64,000 nt of DNA. It comes from Vicinamibacteria bacterium. Its GTDB lineage: Bacteria > Acidobacteriota > Vicinamibacteria > Fen-336. The notes below the pieces were generated by a model. It had not been told where the DNA came from, searched no databases, and saw only the letters and a program-made list of their open reading frames with translations. The position numbers and the translations under genes were made by a program. Where the stretch lies: positions 2,130 through 66,129 of the forward strand of contig JAMPXO010000012.1 of assembly GCA_023701125.1 (NCBI GenBank), read 5' to 3'. This document shows, piece after piece, positions 12,713 through 25,515 of the stretch (positions are counted from its first letter, which is position 1; every line of letters begins with the position of its first letter).

Positions 12713-13723
12713 CTAGCGCCCCGCGGCGTAGATCTGGTCGAACGTCCCACCGTCGCCGAAGTGCGCGGCCTGGGCCTTCGTCCAGCCGCCGAACACCTCG
12801 TCGATGGTGAAGGTCGCCGTCTTCGGGAACTGCGCCGCGAACTTCGCCGCGACGGCAGCCTGCCGCGGACGGAAGTAGTGCCTGGCCGCGATCGCCTGGC
12901 CGGCCGGCGTGTAGAGGAACTCGAGGTAGGCCTGGGCCACCGCCCGCGTGCCCTTGGCGTCGACGACCTGGTCGACGAGCGCCACCGACGGCTCCGCCAG
13001 GATCGTCAGCGGCGGCAGCACGATCTCGAACTGGTCGGGACCGAGTTCCCTGACCGCCAGCAGCGCCTCGTTCTCCCAGGCCAGCAGCACGTCGCCGATG
13101 CCGCGCTGCACGAACGTGTTGGTGGAGCCGCGCGCGCCGGAGTCGAGCACCGGCACGTTGCGGAAGATCCGCGTCACCAGCTCCCTGGCCTTCGCCTCGC
13201 TGCCGCCGGGCTGGCGCAGCGCCCAGCCCCAGGCCGCGAGGTAGTTCCAGCGCGCGCCGCCGCTGGTCTTCGGGTTGGGCGTGATGACCTGGACGCCGGG
13301 CTTGCCGAGATCGGCCCAGTCCCGGATGCCCTTCGGGTTGCCCTTGCGGACCAGGAAGACGATCGTCGACGTGTACGGCGCGCTGTTGTGCGGCAGCCGC
13401 TGCTGCCAGCCGGCGGGGATCAGGCCGCCGACCTTGTGCAACGCGTCGACGTCGTAGGCCAGGGCGAGGGTGACGACGTCGGCTTCGAGGCCGTCGATCA
13501 CCGCCCGCGCCTGCTTGCCCGAGCCGCCGTGCGACTGCTGGATCGTCAGGCTCTGCCCCGTCTTCTGCTTCCACTCGCGGGCGAAGGCCGCGTTCACCTC
13601 CTGGTACAGCTCGCGGGTCGGGTCGTAGGACACGTTGAGCAGCGTCGTCGTTTGGGCGCCTGCGAGCGGGCACAGCCCGAGCGCGAATCCGGCGAGCAGG
13701 CGCCGGAAGCGGGTCGTCGTCAT
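12713..13723 (-). CDS. sbp: Periplasmic sulfate/thiosulfate-binding protein
   Basis: Signal peptide, then [13 protein letters not shown]...[26 protein letters not shown]..., typical of Sbp/CysP. Confidence 0.92.
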   Translation of the reverse strand: MTTTRFRRLLAGFALGLCPLAGAQTTTLLNVSYDPTRELYQEVNAAFAREWKQKTGQSLTIQQSHGGSGKQARAVIDGLEADVVTLALAYDVDALHKVGGLIPAGWQQRLPHNSAPYTSTIVFLVRKGNPKGIRDWADLGKPGVQVITPNPKTSGGARWNYLAAWGWALRQPGGSEAKARELVTRIFRNVPVLDSGARGSTNTFVQRGIGDVLLAWENEALLAVRELGPDQFEIVLPPLTILAEPSVALVDQVVDAKGTRAVAQAYLEFLYTPAGQAIAARHYFRPRQAAVAAKFAAQFPKTATFTIDEVFGGWTKAQAAHFGDGGTFDQIYAAGR

Positions 13724-13742
13724 GGTGTACGCCTTTCTTCAG

Positions 13743-14957
13743 CTAGTAGGCGAGCTGCATCCGCCAGAGCAGGGCGTTCTCGGCCGCGCGATCGCGGCCC
13801 GCGGCGCCGCCCTCGAAGGTGGTGCGCTCGTAGTCGAACATCGTCCGGACGTTGCGGTTGAGGTACCAGTTGAGTCCCACGCCCAGCGCCAGGGCCTTGC
13901 GGGCGGAGCGGGTCGGGTCCGCGTACCCACCGTCGAAGACCGCGTCCTCTGCCTCGAAGCCGGAGACGCGGGCCTTCAACTCCCAGGCGCCACGGCCGCC
14001 CTTCTGCGGATCGAACGGGCGCTTCGGTGTGATGGCTCCGAGCGAGGCCTTCTCGCCGGTCAGCAGCCAGACGCCAGTCACGGTCCAGGCCGAGAGCTTG
14101 ACCTTCTCGTCGACGCCGCCGCGAACCACGGCCTGGTCGCTGACGACGTACTCCACGAACCCGGCGACGGGGCCCGCGGCGAAGCTGGCCTGCGGCGCGA
14201 GGCGGAAGCGGTTGCCATCCGCGGTGGTGCCGGCCGCGAACTGGAAGTACGCCGCCTGGGCCGTGGTGCGCAGGGCCGGCAGCAGGCCCTTCTGGGTGCC
14301 GGTGGTGATCGCGATGCCGAAGCCGAGCGCCTTCCACGCGCCCTCGGACTTCCACAGCGGCTTCACGAACAGCCGCGCCGCCACGTCCTTCGCGTCGTTG
14401 CCGTCGATGTCGACCGCGGCGCCGTTCTGCAACGCGGCCGCGTACAGCAGCGGCCCGGACTCGCCCTGGAACTGCACGCCGACGTCGCGACTCGGCGTCA
14501 GGCCGCTGGTCAGCGAGCGCTCCACGAACGGCAGCCAGTTCGCAGACTGCAGCTTCTCCAGGCTGAACGGCGTCTTGAACTTGCCGGCCCGGAAGCGGGC
14601 CGCGCGCGAGCGGATCACCTCGACGTACGCGTCCTGGATCGCGGCCGAGCCGCCGCCGAAGTCGGGCACGAAGACGGCCTCGAACGCCTTGCCCACCGTG
14701 ACCTGGAGCGAGGGGCGCATGCGGCGCAGCAGGAAGGTGTCGGTCACGGCAAGGGCGTCGTCGCCGGGCACGAAACGTCCGTCGAGCTGGGCGACGCCGT
14801 AGAACCGCAACTTCCAGAAGCCGTCCGCCGACGCGAACGAGAAGCCGTCCGCCCCCGCCTGCACCTTGACCGGGGTCGGCGCTTCGTCCGCCGCGCGTGC
14901 GACTCCCGCGCCGAGCAGGACCGCCACCATCCCAATGCCCATGATCCTGGTAGACAT
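13743..14957 (-). CDS. Anion-selective porin, phosphate-selective porin O/P (OprO/OprP) family
   Basis: Signal peptide, then the typical N-terminal block (FKLRFYGVAQLDGRF...LLRRMRPSLQ...FRAGKFKTPFSLE) and a C-terminal aromatic residue (LAY). Confidence 0.85.
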   Translation of the reverse strand: MSTRIMGIGMVAVLLGAGVARAADEAPTPVKVQAGADGFSFASADGFWKLRFYGVAQLDGRFVPGDDALAVTDTFLLRRMRPSLQVTVGKAFEAVFVPDFGGGSAAIQDAYVEVIRSRAARFRAGKFKTPFSLEKLQSANWLPFVERSLTSGLTPSRDVGVQFQGESGPLLYAAALQNGAAVDIDGNDAKDVAARLFVKPLWKSEGAWKALGFGIAITTGTQKGLLPALRTTAQAAYFQFAAGTTADGNRFRLAPQASFAAGPVAGFVEYVVSDQAVVRGGVDEKVKLSAWTVTGVWLLTGEKASLGAITPKRPFDPQKGGRGAWELKARVSGFEAEDAVFDGGYADPTRSARKALALGVGLNWYLNRNVRTMFDYERTTFEGGAAGRDRAAENALLWRMQLAY

Positions 14958-14975
14958 ATCTCCGAGGTCGTCCTT

Positions 14976-15440
14976 TCAGGCCTTGGCGGCGGGTGCCGCC
15001 GAGGCGGCCCGGCGGCTTTGCACCAGGCGGGTGTTGCGGGCCACGAGGTCGGCCAGCGAGGTGTGATCGAGGATGCCGGCGGCGGCGTTGCGGACCTGCA
15101 GGAAGACGTCGAACAGGCCCGCATGGCGCGGCTCGGTGCGGACCCGGTGGGCGAGCTCTGCGGCGTCGCCGAACGGGGCCAGGGGCCCGTCGATGATGCG
15201 CACGATCTCGCCGAGTCGGATCTCGTCGGGGGGGCGGCGCAGCCGGTAGCCGCCGTCGCGACCACGCTGGCTGCTGACGATCCGGCCGTGCTTGAGGCTG
15301 ACCAGGATCGCTTCCAGGAACTTGACCGGGATCTCTTCGGCTTCGGCGACCTCGTGGATCTTGACGAGGCCGGTCTCGTAGCGCTCGGCGAGGTGGGTCA
15401 GCGCTTTCAGGGCGTACAGCCCACGGCTGGAGATTCTCAT
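14976..15440 (-). CDS. Rrf2-family transcriptional regulator
   Basis: MRISSRGLYALKALTHLAE...EIPVKFLEAILVSLKHGRIVSSQRGRDGGYRL is a winged HTH of the Rrf2 family. It is the first gene of the sulfate operon. The ORF-track start at 15488 is upstream of the predicted promoter. Confidence 0.85.
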   Translation of the reverse strand: MRISSRGLYALKALTHLAERYETGLVKIHEVAEAEEIPVKFLEAILVSLKHGRIVSSQRGRDGGYRLRRPPDEIRLGEIVRIIDGPLAPFGDAAELAHRVRTEPRHAGLFDVFLQVRNAAAGILDHTSLADLVARNTRLVQSRRAASAAPAAKA

Positions 15441-15459
15441 ATCCCTACAGACGTGGTGG

Positions 15460-15488
15460 AGTATCGGCCCGGAACGGCCCCCTGTCAA
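15460..15488 (-). promoter_or_regulatory. Sigma70-like promoter TTGACA-17-GATACT for the Rrf2/sulfate operon
   Basis: Minus strand reads acTTGACAgggggccgttccgggccGATACTcc, 19 nt upstream of the Rrf2 ATG. It shares the 13-mer GGGCCGATACTCC with the promoter at 20906-20934. Confidence 0.5.
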
Positions 15489-15520
15489 GTCCTCCGTGGC
15501 CGGCTGCGAGCGGCCCGGGG

Positions 15521-15659
15521 GTGCGGGGGCGAGGGAGCGCCGTTGCGACGGAGCCCCCGCAGGACCGGCGCCGGATTCACTCCGGCGTCGGAACCTGACA
15601 AGCGTGCGGGGGCGAGGGAGCGCCGTTGCGACGGAGCCCCCGCAGGACCGGCGCCGGAT

Positions 15660-15682
<23 letters not shown>
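15521..15682. repeat. Tandem direct repeat: two identical 79-nt units (15521-15599, 15604-15682) separated by AAGC
   Basis: Read directly. Each unit contains a GGGGGC...GCCCCC hairpin and a CCGGCGCCGGA-TTCAC-TCCGGCGTCGG hairpin. The second unit supplies the last 7 codons and stop of metH (GQVPTPE*). Confidence 0.9.
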
Positions 15683-19367
<3,685 letters not shown>

Positions 19368-19453
19368 GGCAACGCGATTCTAGCGTCCGGCGCGTGCACG
19401 GCCCGCAGCTATGACGCGCGGGGATCGCCGGCGCTCGTGGCATTCTAGGGGTC

Positions 19454-19873
19454 GTGATCCGCGCCTGCCCCCGCTGCCAGCGACCGAACCGCGTGCCCGC
19501 CCGCCATCTCGCCGACGAGGGCCGGTGCGGAGCCTGTCAGGCGGCGCTGCCGGCGCTCGACGCTCCCGTCGAGGTCGATGCCGCGCTGTTCGACGAGATC
19601 GTCGATGGCGCGGTCGTGCCCGTGCTGGCCGATTTCTGGGCCGCGTGGTGCGCGCCGTGCCGCGCCGCTGCGCCCGAGGTGGCGGCGGCCGCCAGGCAGA
19701 TGGCCGGGCGCGCGATCGTCGTCAAGGTCGACACCGAGCGTGAGCAGGCGCTGGCCGCCCGCTTCGGCGTCTCGGGCATCCCCCACTTCGTCGTGTTCCA
19801 GGGGGGCCAGTCGGTGCGCGGCCGGTCCGGCTACCGCTCGCGTGGAGAACTCGCGACCTTCACCCTCGGCTGA
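19454..19873 (+). CDS. trxC: Thioredoxin 2-type thioredoxin with N-terminal Zn-finger
   Basis: CPRC...CGAC zinc-finger followed by the WAAWCAPC active site. GTG start. Confidence 0.9.
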   Translation: MIRACPRCQRPNRVPARHLADEGRCGACQAALPALDAPVEVDAALFDEIVDGAVVPVLADFWAAWCAPCRAAAPEVAAAARQMAGRAIVVKVDTEREQALAARFGVSGIPHFVVFQGGQSVRGRSGYRSRGELATFTLG

Positions 19874-19879
19874 GGCCTC

Positions 19880-20341
19880 TCAGCGCGTCCGGCTCCAGGT
19901 CCACTCCATCGCCTTCTCCTTGGCGTCGGGCGGCCCCTCCACCCGCGCGTGAAGCCGGCCGACGGCGTCGAGCCAGTACAGGATGCGCTGCGGGAAGTCG
20001 TGCTCCTCGTTCTCGAACACCGCGCGGTTCGCGCCCGACTCGACGAGCCGGAACGGCGTGGGCGCCGCGCCCCGGGGACTCGCCCAGTAGGTGATCACGC
20101 CGTCCTTGTCGTCGATGCGCAGGAACTCCCACGATACGGTGCGCCCGCGCGCCACGTCCCTGTGCAACCCGAGCAGGGTGCCGCCGGCGGGAGCCGTCCA
20201 GACCTCTTCCATGCGCAGGGCGCCGCTCTCCCCGCTCCAGGCTCCGGCGAGGAAAGACAGCGCTTCCAGGCCGTCTGCGGCGGCCGGAACGCCCAGCGCG
20301 AGCAGGGCCCACGCGATACCACCGAGCACCGTTCGTCTCAT
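19880..20341 (-). CDS. Secreted DUF6265-like protein
   Basis: The signal peptide begins at MRRTVLGGIAWALLALGVPAAA, the internal ATG at 20341. The block LAGAWSGE...MEEVW...GGTLLG...FLRI matches my memory of DUF6265. Confidence 0.65.
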   Translation of the reverse strand: MRRTVLGGIAWALLALGVPAAADGLEALSFLAGAWSGESGALRMEEVWTAPAGGTLLGLHRDVARGRTVSWEFLRIDDKDGVITYWASPRGAAPTPFRLVESGANRAVFENEEHDFPQRILYWLDAVGRLHARVEGPPDAKEKAMEWTWSRTR

Positions 20342-20478
20342 CGGGACCTCCACGGCCGAGCGCCCCGGGCGCAGCCGGTCGCGGGAGTCTGGGGCCCGCC
20401 CCGACGGCGCGCAAGCGGTGCGTCGCCGAACGACCGGCACGGGCATTGCACTGCGACAGGCCGACCCGGAGGTGGCTC

Positions 20479-20703
20479 TTGATCCGTCTCGACCTGACGC
20501 CGCGTGAAGCCGACATGCTCGACACGGTTTGCCGCGACTATCTGATGGACCTGCGGATGGAGATCGCGGGCACCGACCGCATGGAGTTCCGCGAGAACCT
20601 CAAGCAGCAGGAGGTCTTCCTCAAGGAGCTGCTGAAGACGCTCGAAGCGAAGGCCCCGCGCCGCGAGCCCGGCACCGGCGAGGAGTGGCCGATCAGCCAC
20701 TAG
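20479..20703 (+). CDS. Hypothetical small helical protein (about 74 aa)
   Basis: High GC3. GGAGG lies 6 nt before TTG 20479; ATG 20515 is an alternative start. The sequence is charged and helical (DYLMDLRMEIAGTDRMEFRENLKQQEVFLKELLKTLE). Confidence 0.5.
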   Translation: MIRLDLTPREADMLDTVCRDYLMDLRMEIAGTDRMEFRENLKQQEVFLKELLKTLEAKAPRREPGTGEEWPISH

Positions 20704-20717
20704 GACTTGGGCGCGAA

Positions 20718-20816
20718 TGGCGGAAGCGTGTGGGAATCGAACCCACCGCCGAGGGTTTCACCCCCCGGCCGGACGGCTTTGAAGGCCGCGCGAGTCACCA
20801 GACCCGATTCGCTTCC
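20718..20816 (-). tRNA. selC: tRNA-Sec (anticodon UCA)
   Basis: 99 nt: GGAAGCGAAUCGGGUCUGGUGACUCGCGCGGCCUUCAAAGCCGUCCGGCCGGGGGGUGAAACCCUCGGCGGUGGGUUCGAUUCCCACACGCUUCCGCCA. It has a long acceptor stem, a 6-bp D-stem with a 4-nt loop, a CUUCAAA anticodon loop, a long 7-bp variable arm, GGUUCGAUUCC, discriminator G and an encoded CCA. The layout parallels E. coli selC. Confidence 0.9.
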
Positions 20817-20905
20817 ATCGCGGCAACGGACGGCCGCCAGAAGTGTAGCCTCATCCCTCCCTGGGTCGCACCTGCATCTTTTTTGGTCGAAAACTACTCA
20901 ATACC

Positions 20906-20934
20906 TTGACGTCACGGGGAGCAGGGCCGATACT
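20906..20934 (+). promoter_or_regulatory. Sigma70-like promoter TTGACG-17-GATACT upstream of the CarH-like gene
   Basis: ccTTGACGtcacggggagcagggccGATACTcc. The -35 is embedded in the 8-bp palindrome TGACGTCA. About 240 nt of leader precede ATG 21180. Confidence 0.45.
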
Positions 20935-21179
20935 CCGGTTCGTGCGATGTTCCTCCCCGAGCCGACGCCAGCCAGGCCCTGAGGACCCACGCGGTCTGCC
21001 CACGGGGGCGCGTCATCCCGCCCCGGCTGCCGAGGCTCTCTTTCTCCTCCGTCCATTCCTTCCAAGCGCGGGGAGGTGGCCGCAGGGCCGCTTCCCCGCT
21101 CCGGGCCTTCCGACCCTTCAAGATCCTGCCCGGCTTCTGAGTGCCAATCGAACGTTATGATCGGCCGCCTGAGGCCCCG

Positions 21180-22124
21180 ATGAACCAGCGAGCGCGGAAC
21201 GAAGCGGACCCCGGGGCGCGCCTGTCGATCGGCGCGCTCTCGCGGGCGACGGGGGTGCCCGTCGAGACCCTGCGCACCTGGGAGGCGCGCTACGGCTTCC
21301 CGGTGCCGGAGCGCAAGCCGTCCGGGCATCGCGTGTACCCGACGACGTCGATCCCGCGCCTGCTCCGCATCGCCGAAGCGCTGGCCCGCGGACACCGCGC
21401 GGGACAGGTGGTCGCCGCCTCCGACTCCGACCTCGACGAGTTGCTGCTGGTGACGCCACCGGCACTGCCGGCGCCGGCAGCGCCGGCCCCGGCGATGCGC
21501 AGCACGGAAGTCCTGCTCGACCACGTCGAGCGCTTCGACGCCGACCGCCTGACCCGGGCCCTGCTCGGCGAGTGGGCACGCCGCGAGCCCGTCGACTTCC
21601 TCGTGCAGGTGATCGCGCCGCTGGTGCGGGCGGTCGGCCTGGCCTGGGAGGAGCGCCGGCTCGAGGTGCGCCACGAGCACTTCTTGTCGGAGCGCGTCGG
21701 CGACCTGTTGCGCTCGCTGCGGCTGCCGCTCGAGGAGCGGGCGCGCGGGCCGCTGGTCGTGCTCGGCTCGCTGCCCGGCGAGAGCCACGGGCTCGGGCTG
21801 CAGATGGTGGCACTGGTGCTGGCCGCGGCCGGCTGCCGGCTGCTCTACCTCGGCACGGAGGTGCCGCCCGACCAGATCGCCGCCCTGGCCCGCGACCTCG
21901 GCGCTCGCGCGCTCGGCCTCAGCATCTCGGCCGCGACCGGCGGCGCCGCGTCGAACGCCCAGTTGCGCCGGCTGCGGGCCGCCCTGCCCCGCCGCATCCA
22001 GTTGCTGGTCGGCGGCGCGGGCGCGCCGAAGAAGAGCGAAGGCATCGAGGTCATCACCGATCTGGCGGTGCTCGACGCCTGGGCGCGGCAGCGCGTGGCC
22101 CGCTCGGAGCTGCGGCCGAGCTGA
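21180..22124 (+). CDS. CarH/LitR-type MerR-family regulator with an adenosylcobalamin-binding photosensory domain
   Basis: N-terminal MerR HTH (LSIGALSRATGVPVETLRTWEARYGFP), then W-x9-EH (AWEERRLEVRHEHF) and the B12-binding ExHxxG...SxS...GG pattern (GESHGLG, GLSIS, LLVGGAG). Confidence 0.85.
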   Translation: MNQRARNEADPGARLSIGALSRATGVPVETLRTWEARYGFPVPERKPSGHRVYPTTSIPRLLRIAEALARGHRAGQVVAASDSDLDELLLVTPPALPAPAAPAPAMRSTEVLLDHVERFDADRLTRALLGEWARREPVDFLVQVIAPLVRAVGLAWEERRLEVRHEHFLSERVGDLLRSLRLPLEERARGPLVVLGSLPGESHGLGLQMVALVLAAAGCRLLYLGTEVPPDQIAALARDLGARALGLSISAATGGAASNAQLRRLRAALPRRIQLLVGGAGAPKKSEGIEVITDLAVLDAWARQRVARSELRPS

Positions 22125-22203
22125 ATCAGCGGCGGCCGTGACGCCGCGCATGCCACGTCGTGCTCCGAGGTCGCGTCGAGTCGGCTAGAATCCTCGCCCA
22201 CCG

Positions 22204-22668
22204 ATGAGCCGCGACCCACAAGCGAGAGGCGACAGCCGGGCCGACGCCTCTCGACGGAACTTCGTGCGCCGCATCCGCATGCCCAGCCGGCGCGAGGCGG
22301 TGGCGCCCACGGTCGACCGCGTGCTGGAGATGATCACGCCGGCGGGGCTCTCGGAGGACCAGCGCGACGACCTCGCGGTGGCGCTGTCGGAAGCGCTGTC
22401 GAACGCGGCGGTCCACGGCAACCGGCTGCGCGCCGACGCCGTCGTGCGCGTCGTGGTGCGGGTCGAGCCCGCGCACTGCGCGGTGATCGAGATCGCCGAC
22501 GACGGCCCCGGCTTCGACGTGGCCCGCGTCCACGACCCGACGGACCCCGACCGGCTGCTGGCGACGGGCGGACGCGGCGTGTTCATGATGAAGCGACTGG
22601 TCGACCGCCTCGAGTACAACGAGAGCGGCAACCGCGTCCGCCTCACGATCGAGACCCGCGCGAGCTAG
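22204..22668 (+). CDS. Anti-sigma regulatory Ser kinase (RsbW/SpoIIAB-like, HATPase_c_2)
   Basis: N-box EALSNAAVHGN, G-boxes DDGPGFD and GGRGVFMMKRL. A TAGAAT box lies 12 nt upstream of the ATG. Confidence 0.85.
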   Translation: MSRDPQARGDSRADASRRNFVRRIRMPSRREAVAPTVDRVLEMITPAGLSEDQRDDLAVALSEALSNAAVHGNRLRADAVVRVVVRVEPAHCAVIEIADDGPGFDVARVHDPTDPDRLLATGGRGVFMMKRLVDRLEYNESGNRVRLTIETRAS

Positions 22669-22696
22669 CTCGCGCGGGGCGTGAGGCCGCGCGCCA

Positions 22697-25417
22697 TCAC
22701 TTCTGGGGCGGGCGCCGCCACTCGTCGATCAGGCTGGCGACGAGTCCCGTCCAGCCCGTCTGGTGCGGCGCGCCCAGGCCTTCCCCGGTCTCGCCGTGGA
22801 AGTACTCGTGGAACAGCACCAGGTCGCGCCAGTGAGGGTCGTCCTGGAACTTGCGCCGCGCGCCGTGCACCGGCCGCCGCCCGGCCGCGTCGCGGGTGAA
22901 GATGCCGATCATGCGGTCGGAGAGCCCGGCCGCCAGCGCCCACAGGTTCTTCGGCTCGCCCGCGGGCCCGTTCTCGGGCAGCTCCAGGTCGGGCCCGAAG
23001 GCCGTGCCCAGCTTGCGCAGCGACTCGATCATCAGGAACGTGGTCGGGAACCACACCGGCCCCCGCCAGTTGGAGTTGCCGCCCTTGATCTTGGAGTCCG
23101 CCTCGGCCGGCTCGTAGCGCACCTCGCGCTGCCCCAGCCGGTACGGGTGGTGCTCGTGGCGGCGCGACAGGCTGCGCAGCCCGAAGGCCGACATGAACTC
23201 TTCGGGGTCGAACAGCCGCGACAGGATGCGCCGCATCTGGTCGGGGTCGACGATCGCCAGCACGTGCACGTCCTGGCCGTCGCGGTGCACGCGGTAGCAG
23301 ACGTTCTCGACCACGTTCGCCTTGTTGGCGAGGAACCAGTGGAAGTTCGGCGTGAAGTCGCGGAACGGCTGCAGCCAGCGCTCCTCCAGCCGCTCGACGG
23401 CGTAGAGCGGAATCAGGCCGACCAGCGACCGCACCTTGAATTTCTCGAAGTGGCCGTCCGGGTAGCGCAGCACGTCGTAGAAGAAGCCGTCTTCTTCGTC
23501 CCACAGCTGGTAGCGGCGCCCGCCGCCCATGTGCTTCATCGCCGCGCCGACGTGCACGTAGTGCTGGAAGAACTTGGTCGCCAGCCCCTCGTAGGCGCGG
23601 TTCTCCTTGGCCAGCTCCAGCGCGATCCGCATCAGGTTCAGGCAGAACATGCCCACCCAGCCCGTGGCGTCGCTCTGTTCGAGCACCGCGCCCTCGGGCA
23701 GCTTCTCGCTGCGGTCGATCACCGTGATGTTGTCGAGGCCGAGGAAGCCGCCCTCGAACACGTTGTTGCCCTCGCGGTCGACCTTGTTGATCCACCACGC
23801 GAAGTTGATCAGCAGCTTGTGGAAGCACTTCTCCAGGAACTCGCGGTCCGCCTGGCCGCTGCGGATGCGGTCCATGTTGTAGACCCGCCACACGGCCCAG
23901 GCGTGGACCGGAGGGTTGAGGTCCGAGAACTCCCACTCGTACGCGGGGATCTGCCCCGACGGGTGCTGGAACTGCTCGAACAGCAGCAGCCAGAGCTGCT
24001 CCTTGGCGAAGGCCGGGTCGATGATCGCGAGCGGCGCGCAGTGGAAGGCGAGATCCCAGGCGGCGAACCACGGGTACTCCCACTTGTCCGGCATCGACAT
24101 CACCCGCATCGAGTTCAGGTGGCGCCAGTGCACGTTGCGGATGTGCTGACGCGACTCGGGCGGAGGCAGGTCGGGGTTGTCCCCCTCCAGCCAGGTCTCG
24201 ACGTCGAACAGGTAACTCTGCTTCGACCACAGCAGGCCCGCGAAGGCCTGGCGCTGGACCAGCTTCTCGTCGGCGCTGGCCGCCTCCGGCTGGATCACCG
24301 CGTAGAAGCGGTCGGCCTCTTCGCGGCGCGCGTCGACGATGGCGTCGACGTCGCCGAGCGGGTCCGCCGGCTCGCCCGGCGTCAGCCGGAAGCGCAGCGT
24401 GACGCGGCCGCCCGCCGGCACGACGCGGCGGTGCCAGAACGTGGCCTTGCTGCCCCGCTGTTCCGGGTTCACGCTGGCCGCCTCACCCTGCACGACGCGG
24501 CGGTGGAAGCCGTCCTTGACGAAGGCCGAGCGGCTGGCGACGTGCGGGCCCCACACCCGTTCGGCGTGGGTCTCGTTGTCGGTGAACAGCGGAAGGCCAT
24601 CCGCCTCCGCGTACAGGCGGCGCGGTCCCAGCCGGTACTCGAACGGCAGGTTGTCGAGCGGGTCGGCGAGGCTGTCGTCGGCCAGCGCGCAGGCCGCCCC
24701 GCCGCGCGGCGCGCCGACCCGAATCTCCGGCGCGGGCTTCGCTTCGCGGCCCCAGGCCCAGGTGTTGCGGAACCACAACTGCGGCAGCACGTGGATCGGC
24801 GCGGCTTCCGGCCCGCGGTTCTCGACCGTGACCCGGATCGCCAGGTCCTCGGGGTCCGCCTTCGCGTACTCGACGAACACGTCGAAGTAGCGGTCGTCGT
24901 CGAACAGCCCGGTGTCGAGCAGCTCGAACTCGGGCCCGCGTCCCGCCCGCGCCCGGTTCTCCTCCACCAGCCGCGTGTACGGATACTCGCGCTGCGGGTA
25001 CTTGTAGAGCCACTTCATGTAGGCGTGGCTCGGCAGGTTGTCGAGGTAGAACCAGTATTCCTTCGGGTCCTCGCCGTGGTTGCCCTCGGAGGGCACGACG
25101 CCGAACGGCCGCTCCTTGAGGATCGGGTCGCGCTCGTTCCAGAACGCGAACGCGAAGCACAGCAACTGGTAGCGGTCGCAGATTCCCGCCAACCCGTCTT
25201 CGCCCCAGCGATACGCGCGGCTGCGCGCGTGGTCGTGGGGGAAGGAGTGCCAGGCGTCGCCGTCCGCGCTGTAGTCCTCGCGCACGGTGCCCCACGAGCG
25301 CTCCGACACGTACGGTCCCCAGCGCCGCCAGCCGACCAGTGGGCCACGCTCGCCGGCCAGGCGCGCGTGCTCCTCGGTCGGCGCGGAACGGTGACCGTCC
25401 GTCGGCTCCGGACTCAC
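22697..25417 (-). CDS. GH63-like (alpha/alpha)6 glucosidase (MGH/processing alpha-glucosidase family)
   Basis: About 906 aa with the typical N-terminal block [21 protein letters not shown]...[11 protein letters not shown] 25417 is preceded by GAGGAG. The ORF-track start at 25507 would leave only 8 nt to the divergent gene. Confidence 0.8.
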   Translation of the reverse strand: MSPEPTDGHRSAPTEEHARLAGERGPLVGWRRWGPYVSERSWGTVREDYSADGDAWHSFPHDHARSRAYRWGEDGLAGICDRYQLLCFAFAFWNERDPILKERPFGVVPSEGNHGEDPKEYWFYLDNLPSHAYMKWLYKYPQREYPYTRLVEENRARAGRGPEFELLDTGLFDDDRYFDVFVEYAKADPEDLAIRVTVENRGPEAAPIHVLPQLWFRNTWAWGREAKPAPEIRVGAPRGGAACALADDSLADPLDNLPFEYRLGPRRLYAEADGLPLFTDNETHAERVWGPHVASRSAFVKDGFHRRVVQGEAASVNPEQRGSKATFWHRRVVPAGGRVTLRFRLTPGEPADPLGDVDAIVDARREEADRFYAVIQPEAASADEKLVQRQAFAGLLWSKQSYLFDVETWLEGDNPDLPPPESRQHIRNVHWRHLNSMRVMSMPDKWEYPWFAAWDLAFHCAPLAIIDPAFAKEQLWLLLFEQFQHPSGQIPAYEWEFSDLNPPVHAWAVWRVYNMDRIRSGQADREFLEKCFHKLLINFAWWINKVDREGNNVFEGGFLGLDNITVIDRSEKLPEGAVLEQSDATGWVGMFCLNLMRIALELAKENRAYEGLATKFFQHYVHVGAAMKHMGGGRRYQLWDEEDGFFYDVLRYPDGHFEKFKVRSLVGLIPLYAVERLEERWLQPFRDFTPNFHWFLANKANVVENVCYRVHRDGQDVHVLAIVDPDQMRRILSRLFDPEEFMSAFGLRSLSRRHEHHPYRLGQREVRYEPAEADSKIKGGNSNWRGPVWFPTTFLMIESLRKLGTAFGPDLELPENGPAGEPKNLWALAAGLSDRMIGIFTRDAAGRRPVHGARRKFQDDPHWRDLVLFHEYFHGETGEGLGAPHQTGWTGLVASLIDEWRRPPQK

Positions 25418-25515
25418 GAGCAGCTCCTCGAGGATTTTTTTTGGACGGACGACGGGAATTGCGGCGACTCTAGCAGGCTTCTCGCCCGCGACGAGGCGGC
25501 ATACCATGCGCGCCC

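Noticed and set aside
19377-19450. A direct repeat of ATTCTAG (TAGAAT on the minus strand) in the metH/trxC divergent region, read as tandem promoters.
   Set aside because: No acceptable -35 hexamers accompany either copy. The number of TAGAAT occurrences in the window is close to chance expectation, so only the proximal one is mentioned, as a weak hint.
20935-21179. A cobalamin riboswitch, SRP RNA or 6S RNA in the long leader near B12-related genes (carH-like, metH).
   Set aside because: The AGCCAGGCCCTGAGGACC stretch only loosely resembles a B12-box, and the other conserved elements are absent.
25435-25442. T8 and T9 homopolymer tracts (25435-25442 and 9639-9647) as possible terminators or slippage sites.
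   Set aside because: Neither is preceded by a stable hairpin on either strand. Both lie in divergent or promoter-proximal intergenic DNA, so they are more likely UP-element or curvature tracts.
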